Assembly (NCBI GenBank): GCA_041637935.1
Contig: JBFKXV010000001.1
Span: 1-27,978 of the forward strand
Origin: Burkholderiales bacterium
GTDB taxonomy: Bacteria > Pseudomonadota > Gammaproteobacteria > Burkholderiales > Eutrophovitaceae
Direction: 5' to 3'
DNA: 27,978 bases
Shown here: piece after piece, positions 1 to 8,504 of the stretch
Position numbering within the stretch: position 1 is the stretch's first letter
How the letters are laid out: each line of letters begins with the position of its first letter
The notes under the pieces: model-generated
What the model was told of the DNA's origin: nothing
Database searches by the model: none
Seen by the model: the letters and a program-made list of their open reading frames with translations, nothing else
Program-made: the position numbers and the translations under genes

Positions 1-25
1 AAATCACCAACCAACGCCAACTCTG

Positions 26-243
26 TCCCCTTCTGAATCGCCGAGTAACGCAGAAGCGACAGGGGGTTTCGGCGAGGACTGTTTGAGCCCGCGCGTGACG
101 CATGCGCGGGCGAGTTCCGCAGCCGCCTGTCGTTTCGAGTAACACAGGGCACCCCGAAGGGGCGGTTCAGTGGGGCGGCCTTCTTTGGCCTACCTTTCTT
201 GGCCGCGCAAGAAAGGTAGGTGGCCGCCGGGCTACCCCCGGCC
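26..243 (+). repeat. Structured ~220-bp intergenic repeat (MITE/REP-like), copy 1
   Basis: Shares GAGGACTGTTYGA, AGTTCCGCAG and GCCGGGCTACCC motifs with copies at 2191-2457 (inverted) and 2514-2728. Stems at 53-63/126-136 and a perfect 13-bp hairpin at 189-220. Confidence 0.85.
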
Positions 244-312
244 TGCCGGTGCAAGCGACGGGCAGATCCGGTGGTGACTGGTTTTCGAACCACAGCCTAC
301 GAGAAGAAACGG

Positions 313-423
313 TTAATAGCCTTTCGCGCGATCAACTACACCAACAGGTTGTTCACCCCGTCCCATACGTTTTACGTTTTCGATCACTTGCGCTTCGGCC
401 TCTGCGGCAATCGTCACGCCGGC
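313..423 (-). pseudogene. Detached duplicate of the last 36 codons plus stop of ghrA
   Basis: Translates AGVTIAAEAEAQVIENVKRMGRGEQPVGVVDRAKGY*. 101/111 nt identical to 2795-2905 by manual alignment. No start codon, and homology ends abruptly at 423. Confidence 0.9.
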
Positions 424-589
424 GGGATGCTCTACGCACACTTCAACAACGAGGCAACACGCCGCGTACTGGTATGCCGGAATGCGGTAAGCAATTAGAA
501 ATAATTAACCGCGGTTGCTGTGCCGGTGGGCCTCGCGTAATCTACGGTTGCGAGCCCAGACATCCTCCCTAAGAACAGTGAGGCGCACG

Positions 590-2098
590 ATGAAACGACG
601 CACGTTTCTCCATACTGGAATTGCGGCGACAGCGGCCCTCGCCATCCCCTACAGGCGATCGCTGGCGCTCCTTTACAAGGAAGCACCTCAGACTCCACCC
701 GACGTTGCGGCTATCACGGGCGCCGGCAAGGAGATCACGCTGAGGGGGAAGGACATCGCCGAGCTGAGTGCGCGGTTGCGTGGACGTTTGCTCATCGCCG
801 GTGACGCCGGCTATGAGAAAGCTCGACACGTCCTCAACCCGTCCTTCGACAAACACCCCGCGCTCATCGCCCAGGTCACGGGTACGGCGGATACCCGAGC
901 GGCGGTGGAGTTCGCCCGGGACCACGACAATCTGTTGCTCGCGGTCAAGTGCGGCGGCCACAGTTTCTCGGGTAAGTCGACCTGCGACGGCGGCATGATG
1001 ATCGACCTGTCCCCCTTCCAGAATGTGCGCGTCGATCCGAGGGCTCGGCGGGCCTGGGTGACAGGGGGCAGCTTGCTGGGTCTGCTGGATCACGAATCGA
1101 TGGCCTACGGCCTGGTGACGACAATGGGAACCGTATCGCACACCGGTGTCGGCGGCCTGGTCACCGGGGGCGGAACTGGCCGGGTTGGGCGGCGGTTCGG
1201 TCTTTCCATCGACAGCCTGAAGTCGGTGGATATCGTCACGGCAGACGGCCAGTTGCGTCACGCGGACGTACACGAGAACCCGGATCTGTTCTGGGGCGTG
1301 CGCGGCGGTGGCGGGAACTTCGGTATCGTCACCGATTTCGAGTTCCAACTACATCCGATGCAACGCCGGGTCGTGGGTGGCGAGATGATGTTCCCGATCG
1401 ATCGGGCGCAGGACGTGCTGAGCCTCTATGCCGAGTACGGTCCTAACGCGCCGGACGAGCTCGACATGATCTTCTCGATGATCCAGCCGCCGGGAGGCGC
1501 ACCGGGCGTGACCGGCATCGCAGTGTGCTACTCGGGCTCCGAGAAACACGCGGATCGGGTCCTCGCCCCCATCCGTCGATTGGGGACACCGCTGGTCGAT
1601 AACTTCCGGGCTATGGATTACGTCGCCCTGCAGCGGTCCGGCGACACCGACGATCCGCGGGCCCGCGCTGCGTATTTGAAGAGTGGATTCTTACCGGATG
1701 TGCCGGCGGACCTGGTCTCGGCAGTCGTCGACGGCTTCGAAGGAGATTCCAGCCGCACGACGATCGTCGTCTACCAGCAGCTCGGAGGCGCGATCAGTCA
1801 AGTTCCGAACGATGCCACCGCGTTCTCGCACCGAGACGCGGCCGGCAACATGCTGGTGATAACGAACTGGCCATTCGGCGATGACCCGACACAGCACATC
1901 GCGTGGACGAGGAGGTACTGGGCGACTCTCGAACCGTTCACCCAAGGGTTCTATACCAACGACCTGGGACCCGATCAGACGGCGGCGCAGATCAACCGTA
2001 ATTACCGGGAGAACTACCCGCGGTTGGTACGCATCAAGAACAAGTACGACCCTGGCAATTTATTCCGCTTGAACGCGAACGTGCAGCCGACGGTGTGA
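590..2098 (+). CDS. Tat-exported FAD-binding oxidoreductase, BBE/vanillyl-alcohol oxidase superfamily
   Basis: ATG at 590 after GAGG gives MKRRTFL (twin-arginine signal). KCGGHS covalent-FAD His motif, FWGVRGGGGNFGIVT, and C-terminal BBE motif RLVRIKNKYDPGNLF. ORF track start 515 is probably too early. Confidence 0.88.
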   Translation: MKRRTFLHTGIAATAALAIPYRRSLALLYKEAPQTPPDVAAITGAGKEITLRGKDIAELSARLRGRLLIAGDAGYEKARHVLNPSFDKHPALIAQVTGTADTRAAVEFARDHDNLLLAVKCGGHSFSGKSTCDGGMMIDLSPFQNVRVDPRARRAWVTGGSLLGLLDHESMAYGLVTTMGTVSHTGVGGLVTGGGTGRVGRRFGLSIDSLKSVDIVTADGQLRHADVHENPDLFWGVRGGGGNFGIVTDFEFQLHPMQRRVVGGEMMFPIDRAQDVLSLYAEYGPNAPDELDMIFSMIQPPGGAPGVTGIAVCYSGSEKHADRVLAPIRRLGTPLVDNFRAMDYVALQRSGDTDDPRARAAYLKSGFLPDVPADLVSAVVDGFEGDSSRTTIVVYQQLGGAISQVPNDATAFSHRDAAGNMLVITNWPFGDDPTQHIAWTRRYWATLEPFTQGFYTNDLGPDQTAAQINRNYRENYPRLVRIKNKYDPGNLFRLNANVQPTV

Positions 2099-2190
2099 AT
2101 CCGCTGCGGGACGAGCTGATCAATAAGGGTGAAGTTGGGCACTGAGGCGTGTGTTGCGCAGGTTAGGATGTCTTTAACGTCTGTAGGCTG

Positions 2191-2457
2191 AGGGTAGCCC
2201 GGCAGCTACTTACCTTTAGTTCCGACATAACCTGGCTGAAGCCAGGTGAGTCTCCACTGAAACTGCGTTTTCTTGCGCGGCCAACAAAGGTAAGCCAAAC
2301 AAGGCCGCCCCACTGATCCGTCCCTCCGGGATACCCTGCGCTACTCGAAGCGACAGGCGGCTGCGGAACTCGTCCGCGCGAGAACCATGCGCGGACTCAA
2401 ACAGTCCTCGCCGACTACCCCAGTCGCCTCTGTGTTGCTCGGCGGTTCAGAAGGGGA
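2191..2457 (-). repeat. Structured intergenic repeat, copy 2 (inverted, interrupted by a ~51-bp insert)
   Basis: Reverse complement aligns closely with 26-243. Extra sequence at about 2218-2268 splits the 3' hairpin. Confidence 0.85.
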
Positions 2458-2513
2458 GCAACGCTTTGACGGTTCAAGTATGTTCACCAACCCCAGCACG
2501 CCGGGTTTTGAAC

Positions 2514-2728
2514 TCCCCTTATGCCGCGCCGAGCAGTCCGATGTGCACGCGGGGTTTCGCCGAGGACTGTTCGAAGGCCGCGCGCGTTTTTTGCGCGGAC
2601 AAGTTCCGCAGGCGCCGCGTGGACATCGGGCAGCGCAGGAACAAAGCGGCATTGGGGTGCCCTTCTCTTTGGTTACTTTCTCTTGGGCAAGCAAGAGAAA
2701 GTAACTAGCCGCCGGGCTACCCCCGGCC
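2514..2728 (+). repeat. Structured intergenic repeat, copy 3 (more diverged subfamily)
   Basis: Same motif order as copy 1. Stem 2538-2552/2615-2629 and a perfect 14-bp hairpin GTTACTTTCTCTTG-ggcaag-CAAGAGAAAGTAAC at 2672-2705. Confidence 0.85.
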
Positions 2729-2794
2729 TACCGATGTAAGCAACAGGCAGGCAGGGCGGTGAACTCGTGAACCACAGCGTTCGGGAAAGAACGG

Positions 2795-3721
2795 TTAATA
2801 GCCCTTCGCTCGATCAACCACGCCAACAGGTTGCTCACCGCGTTCCATACGTTTGACGTTTTCGATCACCTGCGCTTCGGCCTCAGCGGCAATCGTCACG
2901 CCGGCAATGTGCGGTGTCACTATGACCTTTGGGTGCGACCATAGCCGGCTCGATTGCGGCAAGGGTTCATCGTTAAAGACATCGAGCATGGCGCCGCCGA
3001 TCTGGCCCGAATCAAGTGCGTCCAAAAGGTCCTCTTCGACGAGGTGACCACCGCGCCCGATATTGACCACGTAGCTGCCGCGCGGCATAGCGTCAAACGT
3101 GCGCCTGCCCAGAATACTCGTAGTAAGCGGCGTCAGCGGCAAAACGTTGATAACAACCCGGCAGTTCGAAAGGAAGGCGTCCAATCCGGATTCACCAGCG
3201 AAGCTCTCGACGCCTTCAATTGACGTGCCAGAACGGCTCCAGCCACAGGTGCGATATCCCAGTGCCACCAGATGCTTGAGAATGAGGCCCCCAATGACTC
3301 CCGCTCCCATCACGCCGACTGACCACCCGCTTGCCGCCAGCGGCGTGAGTTGATTCCAGATGCGTTGTTGCTGCTGCCGTTCGTAGTCGCGCATCCGCCG
3401 GTGAAAACGCAGCACGGCATAAACCGCGTACTCGGCCATTTGCGGAGCGAGGCCAGCGTCAAGAAGCCGCACCACGGGAACCTGCGGCGTCGTCGTATCA
3501 GCAAGCAGCGCATCGACGCCGGCACCCAACGCCAACACGGCTCGCAATTTTGGAAGCGTTTTCAGTAGTCCCGGAGGCGGATTCCAAACCAGCGCGTAGC
3601 GAACCGAATCGATGTCTTCTACGTCCGGCCACACCTCGAACGGCATTTCCGGAAGCGCGGCTGCAAAAGCCCGCCGCCATGGCCGCGGATCATCGGTCTT
3701 ACTGTAGAACAGGACGCTCAT
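2795..3721 (-). CDS. ghrA: Glyoxylate/hydroxypyruvate reductase A (D-2-hydroxyacid dehydrogenase)
   Basis: ALGAGVD, GAGVIG Rossmann motif, NIGRG, DVFNDEP and TPHIAG catalytic motifs; 308 aa. Confidence 0.88.
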   Translation of the reverse strand: MSVLFYSKTDDPRPWRRAFAAALPEMPFEVWPDVEDIDSVRYALVWNPPPGLLKTLPKLRAVLALGAGVDALLADTTTPQVPVVRLLDAGLAPQMAEYAVYAVLRFHRRMRDYERQQQQRIWNQLTPLAASGWSVGVMGAGVIGGLILKHLVALGYRTCGWSRSGTSIEGVESFAGESGLDAFLSNCRVVINVLPLTPLTTSILGRRTFDAMPRGSYVVNIGRGGHLVEEDLLDALDSGQIGGAMLDVFNDEPLPQSSRLWSHPKVIVTPHIAGVTIAAEAEAQVIENVKRMERGEQPVGVVDRAKGY

Positions 3722-3870
3722 GGGCAGTACAAATAAAAAGCTATCGCGCGACTCGTTTGCTGTGTCGCGTGTTCCTCTTCCTCTCGGTCACACGACTCTG
3801 TCAAATCCGGCAGCTCCTTGCACTCGGGTCACCCGTTACGCTTTTCCGATCAAACTGCCAGTGCTCAGTA

Positions 3871-3900
3871 TCAATAGATTCGTGATCAATAGAATCGTGA
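3871..3900. repeat. 15-bp direct tandem repeat x2 (TCAATAGAWTCGTGA)
   Basis: 3871-3885 and 3886-3900 differ at one base; lies immediately after the panC stop. Confidence 0.75.
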
Positions 3901-3902
3901 AA

Positions 3903-4736
3903 TCAAGGTGCCTCCACTTCGAGGTTGTCAATCAGCCGCGTCGAGCCGAGCGTCGCGGCGCCGAGAATCACCAACTCGGAGTCGTCAGGTGACGGCCTTT
4001 TCAAGCCACGCTGAGTTCGAACGACGACGTAATCGACAGTCCAACCGTGCCGGGCAAGCAACGCGCCGGCTGCATACTCCATCGCGACAAACTTGCGGTC
4101 GCCCTCGCGGATTGCATCGCGGACCTGCAATATGGCTTCACGCAGCCTCGGCGCTTCAATTCTTTCTTGTTGCGACAAATAGCGATTACGCGATGACAGC
4201 GCCAGCCCGTCCTCAAACCGAACCGTCTCTGCCGGAATAATGCGAATCGGCAGGCTAAGCTGATCAACCATGTGGCGAATGATGGCAAGCTGTTGGTAGT
4301 CCTTCTTGCCAAACACCGCCGACTGCGGTTGCACCATGTTGAACAGTTTCGTGACCACAGTGCAAACGCCGCGAAAATGCCCGGGCCGAAAACGCCCCTC
4401 GAGCTTTTTGGCAACCTTCGGCGGGTCAATAAAGTACGCCTGTGGCTCCGGGTACATCTGCTGCTCGTCAGGGTGGAAAACGATGCTATTGCCGGCGGCC
4501 TCGAGCTTGGCGCAATCCTCCTCGAAAGTGCGGGGATAGCGTTCGAAATCTTCACCCTGTTGAAACTGGAGCCGATTGACAAAAATCGTCGTCACCGTGA
4601 CCGGTGCAGTCTGGACGGCGATTTTGACCAGGCTCAAATGACCGTCGTGTATGTTGCCCATGGTCGGCACACAACACACGTCGGGCTCGCTGGCCAAGCG
4701 TGCGCGCAGTTCATCAATGGTGCCTATGATGTCCAT
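3903..4736 (-). CDS. panC: Pantoate--beta-alanine ligase
   Basis: PTMGNIHDGH, RPGHFRGV, FGKKDYQQ and ALSSRN motifs. Confidence 0.97.
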   Translation of the reverse strand: MDIIGTIDELRARLASEPDVCCVPTMGNIHDGHLSLVKIAVQTAPVTVTTIFVNRLQFQQGEDFERYPRTFEEDCAKLEAAGNSIVFHPDEQQMYPEPQAYFIDPPKVAKKLEGRFRPGHFRGVCTVVTKLFNMVQPQSAVFGKKDYQQLAIIRHMVDQLSLPIRIIPAETVRFEDGLALSSRNRYLSQQERIEAPRLREAILQVRDAIREGDRKFVAMEYAAGALLARHGWTVDYVVVRTQRGLKRPSPDDSELVILGAATLGSTRLIDNLEVEAP

Positions 4737-4926
4737 ATTCTCCCTTGACCAGTCTTCTCCCGGCCGGTGCGATGCATCGCGCCGCCAGGTGCACTTCCTA
4801 TGTTTGTTCTGCCCTGGTTCGCGCCAGGATCTTTACCGTACTTTCATAAGCCATTAGTCGCAAGCGGGGATTTCCACGATGGCAATAAATTCTGACTAAA
4901 TGCACTTTACGCTGGCCAAACATCAG

Positions 4927-5721
4927 TTAGAAACTATGTTCCGGTCCGGGAAAGGTCCCCGCCTTGACTTCATTGACATAGGTGCTGACGGCAGCGGAAA
5001 TCGAATCGGCGCCTTGCATGAAATTCTTGACAAAACGGGGTTTGCGCCCCTGATAGATATCCAGCATGTCGTACAGGTTCAGGATCTGGCCGCTACAGTG
5101 AGGACCGGCACCGATCCCCATAACGGGAATATCAAGCGACGCGGTCACTTGTTTTCCGACATCGGCCGGTACCAGTTCCAACACCATCAGACTCGCACCG
5201 GCCTGCTGCAATGCTTTGCCGGAATTGACCAGAGCGCGCGCCGCGTCATCGGTTTTGCCCTGTACTTTGAAGCCGCCGAGCGCGTGAACCGATTGCGGCG
5301 TCAGTCCGATATGGCCACACACAGGAATGCCGCGGCTGACCAGAAAGTCGACTGTTTCGGCCATAACCTCGCCGCCTTCGAGCTTGACCATGTGCGCACC
5401 GGCGCTCATCAAGCGCGCCGAGTTCTCGAACGCCTGCTGCGGGCTTTGCTGATAACTCCCGAACGGCAAGTCGCCAAGGACGAGTGCGCGTTGCGTCGTG
5501 CGGGCAACGCAACGCGTATGGTAGACCATGTCGTCCATCGTCACGGGAAGCGTCGAGTCGTGGCCTTGCACCACCATGCCGAGCGAATCTCCAATGAGAA
5601 AAACGTCAATGCCGGCAGCATCGAGCAACGCAGCGAAGCTGGCGTCGGTGCAGGTCAGCATCGTGATCGCATCTTTCTCATCACGCATTTTTTGTAGTGT
5701 GCTAGTGGTAACTTTTGCCAT
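4927..5721 (-). CDS. panB: 3-methyl-2-oxobutanoate hydroxymethyltransferase
   Basis: [25 protein letters not shown] and GHIGLTPQS motifs. Start taken as MAKVT at 5721; 5748 is the alternative. Confidence 0.96.
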   Translation of the reverse strand: MAKVTTSTLQKMRDEKDAITMLTCTDASFAALLDAAGIDVFLIGDSLGMVVQGHDSTLPVTMDDMVYHTRCVARTTQRALVLGDLPFGSYQQSPQQAFENSARLMSAGAHMVKLEGGEVMAETVDFLVSRGIPVCGHIGLTPQSVHALGGFKVQGKTDDAARALVNSGKALQQAGASLMVLELVPADVGKQVTASLDIPVMGIGAGPHCSGQILNLYDMLDIYQGRKPRFVKNFMQGADSISAAVSTYVNEVKAGTFPGPEHSF

Positions 5722-5825
5722 AATGAAAATTCCGAAAAGTAGCACCATTTGAACAGATGCTCGGCCCCCTCACGCGCCCCGATATGAAGCGCCCGTCAAT
5801 TGTTGTGCGTGCGAAATCCGCCTCA

Positions 5826-6482
5826 TTAGTCGCCCCGGCTGAAAAACGCGCGAGGACCCTTCATTTCGGCGATGCGTCGCAACAATAAATCAAAATCCGC
5901 CTTGTCATCAACAAAGTTCAACCGATCGCTATTGACGATCAGAAGCGGCGCCGCATCGAACTGATAGAAAAATCGCTGGTACTCGTCGGCGAGCGTGCCC
6001 AAATAACGCTCATCGATATTACGCTCGTAATCAATATTGCGACGCTTTACGCGCTCGAAAAGTTGGCGCTGTGACGCTTGCAAATAAATCACCAGATCAG
6101 GCACGGGTGCCTGTGGTGCGAGTTGGTTGTAGATCTGCTGATACAAGTGCAACTCGTCGTCGGCAAGATTAAGCCGCGCGAACAGAGCGTCCTTGTCGAA
6201 CAGGAAATCCGAAACGGTAACGTCCGCAAACAAGTCGATTTGTTTCAAATCACGCAATTGCTGAATGCGCTGAAACAGAAAAAACAACTGCGTAGCCAGG
6301 GCATGCCGCTCTGGCTCCTCATAAAAGCGGGGTAGAAACGGATTCTCATCCGGTGCCTCAAGCACAAGTTCTGCACCAAGGTGGCTTGCGAGAAGTTGAG
6401 CAAGACTAGTCTTGCCAGCACCGATCGGGCCCTCGACGACAATGTAACGAAACCGCGCTGGCAGGAGCATGGTTGATGACAC
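5826..6482 (-). CDS. Deoxynucleoside kinase family protein
   Basis: IVVEGPIGAGKTS P-loop, FLPRFY, ATQLFFL and PDLVIYL; usual neighbour of folK/panB. Confidence 0.92.
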   Translation of the reverse strand: MSSTMLLPARFRYIVVEGPIGAGKTSLAQLLASHLGAELVLEAPDENPFLPRFYEEPERHALATQLFFLFQRIQQLRDLKQIDLFADVTVSDFLFDKDALFARLNLADDELHLYQQIYNQLAPQAPVPDLVIYLQASQRQLFERVKRRNIDYERNIDERYLGTLADEYQRFFYQFDAAPLLIVNSDRLNFVDDKADFDLLLRRIAEMKGPRAFFSRGD

Positions 6483-6485
6483 GGG

Positions 6486-7016
6486 TCAGGCAACGCCGCG
6501 GCTATGCAGCTCGCTCATATCACCAAGCCGTCTCACGCCGTCGGTGCAAATTGCCTGCAGCAATTGAGCCGCCGTTCCAGCAGCACCCACCATCACGTCG
6601 GGGGCAATCTCGGCCAATGGCACCAGCACAAAAGCACGCTCAGCCATTCGCGGGTGCGGCAACCTCAGACTGTCCGAGTCGATCTGTCGATCACCATAGA
6701 GCAACAAGTCGAGGTCGAGGGTGCGCGGCGCATTACGCCAGGTGCGCTTGCGTCCGAATTGCTGCTCGATTACGTGCAATTGTGCGAGCAACGTGTGCGG
6801 CTCCAAAGCAGTTTCGAGTTCTACCACGGCGTTGACGAAATCGGGTTGGTCAAGATAGCCGACCGGTGCCGTCCGGTACAGCGATGAGCATCTTAGAATT
6901 TTCACTCCGGTCATGCGGCGCAGCGCCTGAACGGCGCGCAACACCCCCGATTCGGGGTCATCGAGATTGGCGCCTATGCCGATAAACGCCCGCTGCCATT
7001 GAGCGTGTTGCATCAC
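6486..7016 (-). CDS. folK: 2-amino-4-hydroxy-6-hydroxymethyldihydropteridine diphosphokinase (HPPK)
   Basis: IGIGANL, QPDFVNAV, PRTLDLDLL and LPHPRMAERAFVLVPL motifs. GTG at 7016 followed by ATG at 7013. Confidence 0.97.
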   Translation of the reverse strand: MMQHAQWQRAFIGIGANLDDPESGVLRAVQALRRMTGVKILRCSSLYRTAPVGYLDQPDFVNAVVELETALEPHTLLAQLHVIEQQFGRKRTWRNAPRTLDLDLLLYGDRQIDSDSLRLPHPRMAERAFVLVPLAEIAPDVMVGAAGTAAQLLQAICTDGVRRLGDMSELHSRGVA

Positions 7017-7056
7017 GGTTACCCTGATTTCAAAATTGCGCCGATTTCACGATCGC

Positions 7057-7108
7057 CCCGATTCATGTTTGACCCGATTCGTGTTTGACCCGATTCATGT
7101 TTGACCCG
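7057..7108. repeat. 16-bp tandem repeat x3.25 (CCCGATTCRTGTTTGA) containing the pcnB stop codon
   Basis: Units at 7057, 7073 and 7089 plus a partial at 7105; minus-strand unit TCAAACAYGAATCGGG. Confidence 0.92.
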
Positions 7109-8444
7109 GTGTAACGTCATCGCCGGGCGGCGACTTTGTTTTCTTTCGACGACGGCGACGACGACGGCTAACAGTTCCGGGAAGTAGCATGCTTTTGCGC
7201 TCCTCTTCACCAGCATGTTGAAAGCGCTCCCACCAGTCACCGATCTCCATGTCCAGTTCTCCGCTCTCGCAACGCAACAGCATAAAGTCATAAGCAGCGC
7301 GGAAGCGCGGATTGCCCAACAACGCGAAAGGCCGGCGGCCGGAACGATTGAGCAACCGCGCCTGCAATATCCATATCTCCCTCATGTCAGAGCTGAAACG
7401 ACGCGGGATGGCCAGGTTCGCCGACTGTTCTTCGATCACCCGATCAATTGCTTCGAACAAGGCAAGCATGGTGCTTTTGCCGGCGGCCTCGCCGGCACGC
7501 CAGGCGGACAGTACTTCATGCCACAGCAACGCAGCGAACAAAAAACCCGGCGATACCGGCTTGTCATCTCGTACACGCTCGTCGGTGCGTTGCAAGGCCA
7601 GCATAACAAAACGCTGTCCCAGCGGCTGCTCGAGTATGACATCGAGCATTGGCAACAATCCATGGTGCAAGCCGAGTGTGCGCAGCTGTTTAACACTTTG
7701 CGCCGCACCGCCGGATAACAGCAGCTTGAGCATTTCTTCAAACAGCCTGGAAGGCGGAACACTCTCAAGGAGACCGGCGAGTTTCGGAATCGGCGCGCGC
7801 GTGTTGCGTTCAATTTCAAGGTCGAGTTTCGCGGCGAAGCGAACTGCCCTGAGCATGCGCACCGGATCTTCCCGATAGCGCGCCTCAGCATCACCGATGA
7901 TGCGCAGCTTTCGATTCTTGAGATCGGCCAGCCCGCCACAGTAGTCGATTATCTCCTCGCTTGCAGGATCGTAGAACAGCGCATTAACAGTGAAATCGCG
8001 ACGTACGGCGTCTTCTTCGCGGCTACCGAACACATTGTCGCGCAGAATACGCCCGTGTTCATCGGTGGCACCGCGCTCACCATCAACACCAGCGTGTTTG
8101 CCGCGAAACGTGGAAACCTCCACAACCTCACGCCCGCAGAGCACGTGCACCAGTTGGAAACGCCGCCCAATGATGCGCGACCTGCGAAACAACGAGCGTA
8201 CGCGCTCAGGCGTGGCGCTGGTGGCAACGTCGAAATCCTTTGGCTCGCGGCCGAGCAGAAGGTCGCGTACAGCACCGCCCACGACGTAAGCATCAAACCC
8301 GTCGGTTTGCAGAGTCGATGTCACCCGCCGGGCACATGCGCTAATCGCGTGGCGCGATACGCCATGCCTGGGCCCTGCTACGATCAGCGGCGCGGCCGGC
8401 CGTGATGGACCGTTGACGAGTCGAAGCAACAATTTCCGAATCAT
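7095..8444 (-). CDS. pcnB: Poly(A) polymerase I
   Basis: VVGGAVRDLLLG, DFDVAT, PAP-diagnostic IIGRRFQLVHV, RRDFTVNAL and EDPVRMLRA; Arg/Lys-rich tail. Confidence 0.96.
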   Translation of the reverse strand: MIRKLLLRLVNGPSRPAAPLIVAGPRHGVSRHAISACARRVTSTLQTDGFDAYVVGGAVRDLLLGREPKDFDVATSATPERVRSLFRRSRIIGRRFQLVHVLCGREVVEVSTFRGKHAGVDGERGATDEHGRILRDNVFGSREEDAVRRDFTVNALFYDPASEEIIDYCGGLADLKNRKLRIIGDAEARYREDPVRMLRAVRFAAKLDLEIERNTRAPIPKLAGLLESVPPSRLFEEMLKLLLSGGAAQSVKQLRTLGLHHGLLPMLDVILEQPLGQRFVMLALQRTDERVRDDKPVSPGFLFAALLWHEVLSAWRAGEAAGKSTMLALFEAIDRVIEEQSANLAIPRRFSSDMREIWILQARLLNRSGRRPFALLGNPRFRAAYDFMLLRCESGELDMEIGDWWERFQHAGEEERKSMLLPGTVSRRRRRRRKKTKSPPGDDVTPGQT

Positions 8445-8504
8445 TGATGGCGCCGGTTCGGAGCAGTCATCGGTGATGAAAACAACGCATTGGAAAGTGG
8501 CGGA

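Noticed and set aside
102-572. 156-aa and 92-aa + strand ORFs at the window start
   Set aside because: They run through the structured repeat and the antisense of the ghrA fragment; no recognisable motifs.
2341-2739. Several 70-120-aa ORFs (e.g. ending SLVTFSWASKRK) over the paired repeats
   Set aside because: Shadow ORFs of a GC-rich palindromic repeat, with no RBS or protein-like composition.
4900-5697. 265-aa ORF antisense to panB; similar long antisense ORFs at 8513-9364, 10258-11088, 11400-12194, 12118-12789, 13861-14781 and 23957-24805
   Set aside because: Each overlaps a confidently identified gene on the opposite strand; expected stop-poor shadow frames in GC-rich DNA.
7137-7170. 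CGT/CGC low-complexity run encoding RRRRRRRKK at the end of pcnB
   Set aside because: Basic Arg-rich tails are a usual feature of bacterial poly(A) polymerase I.
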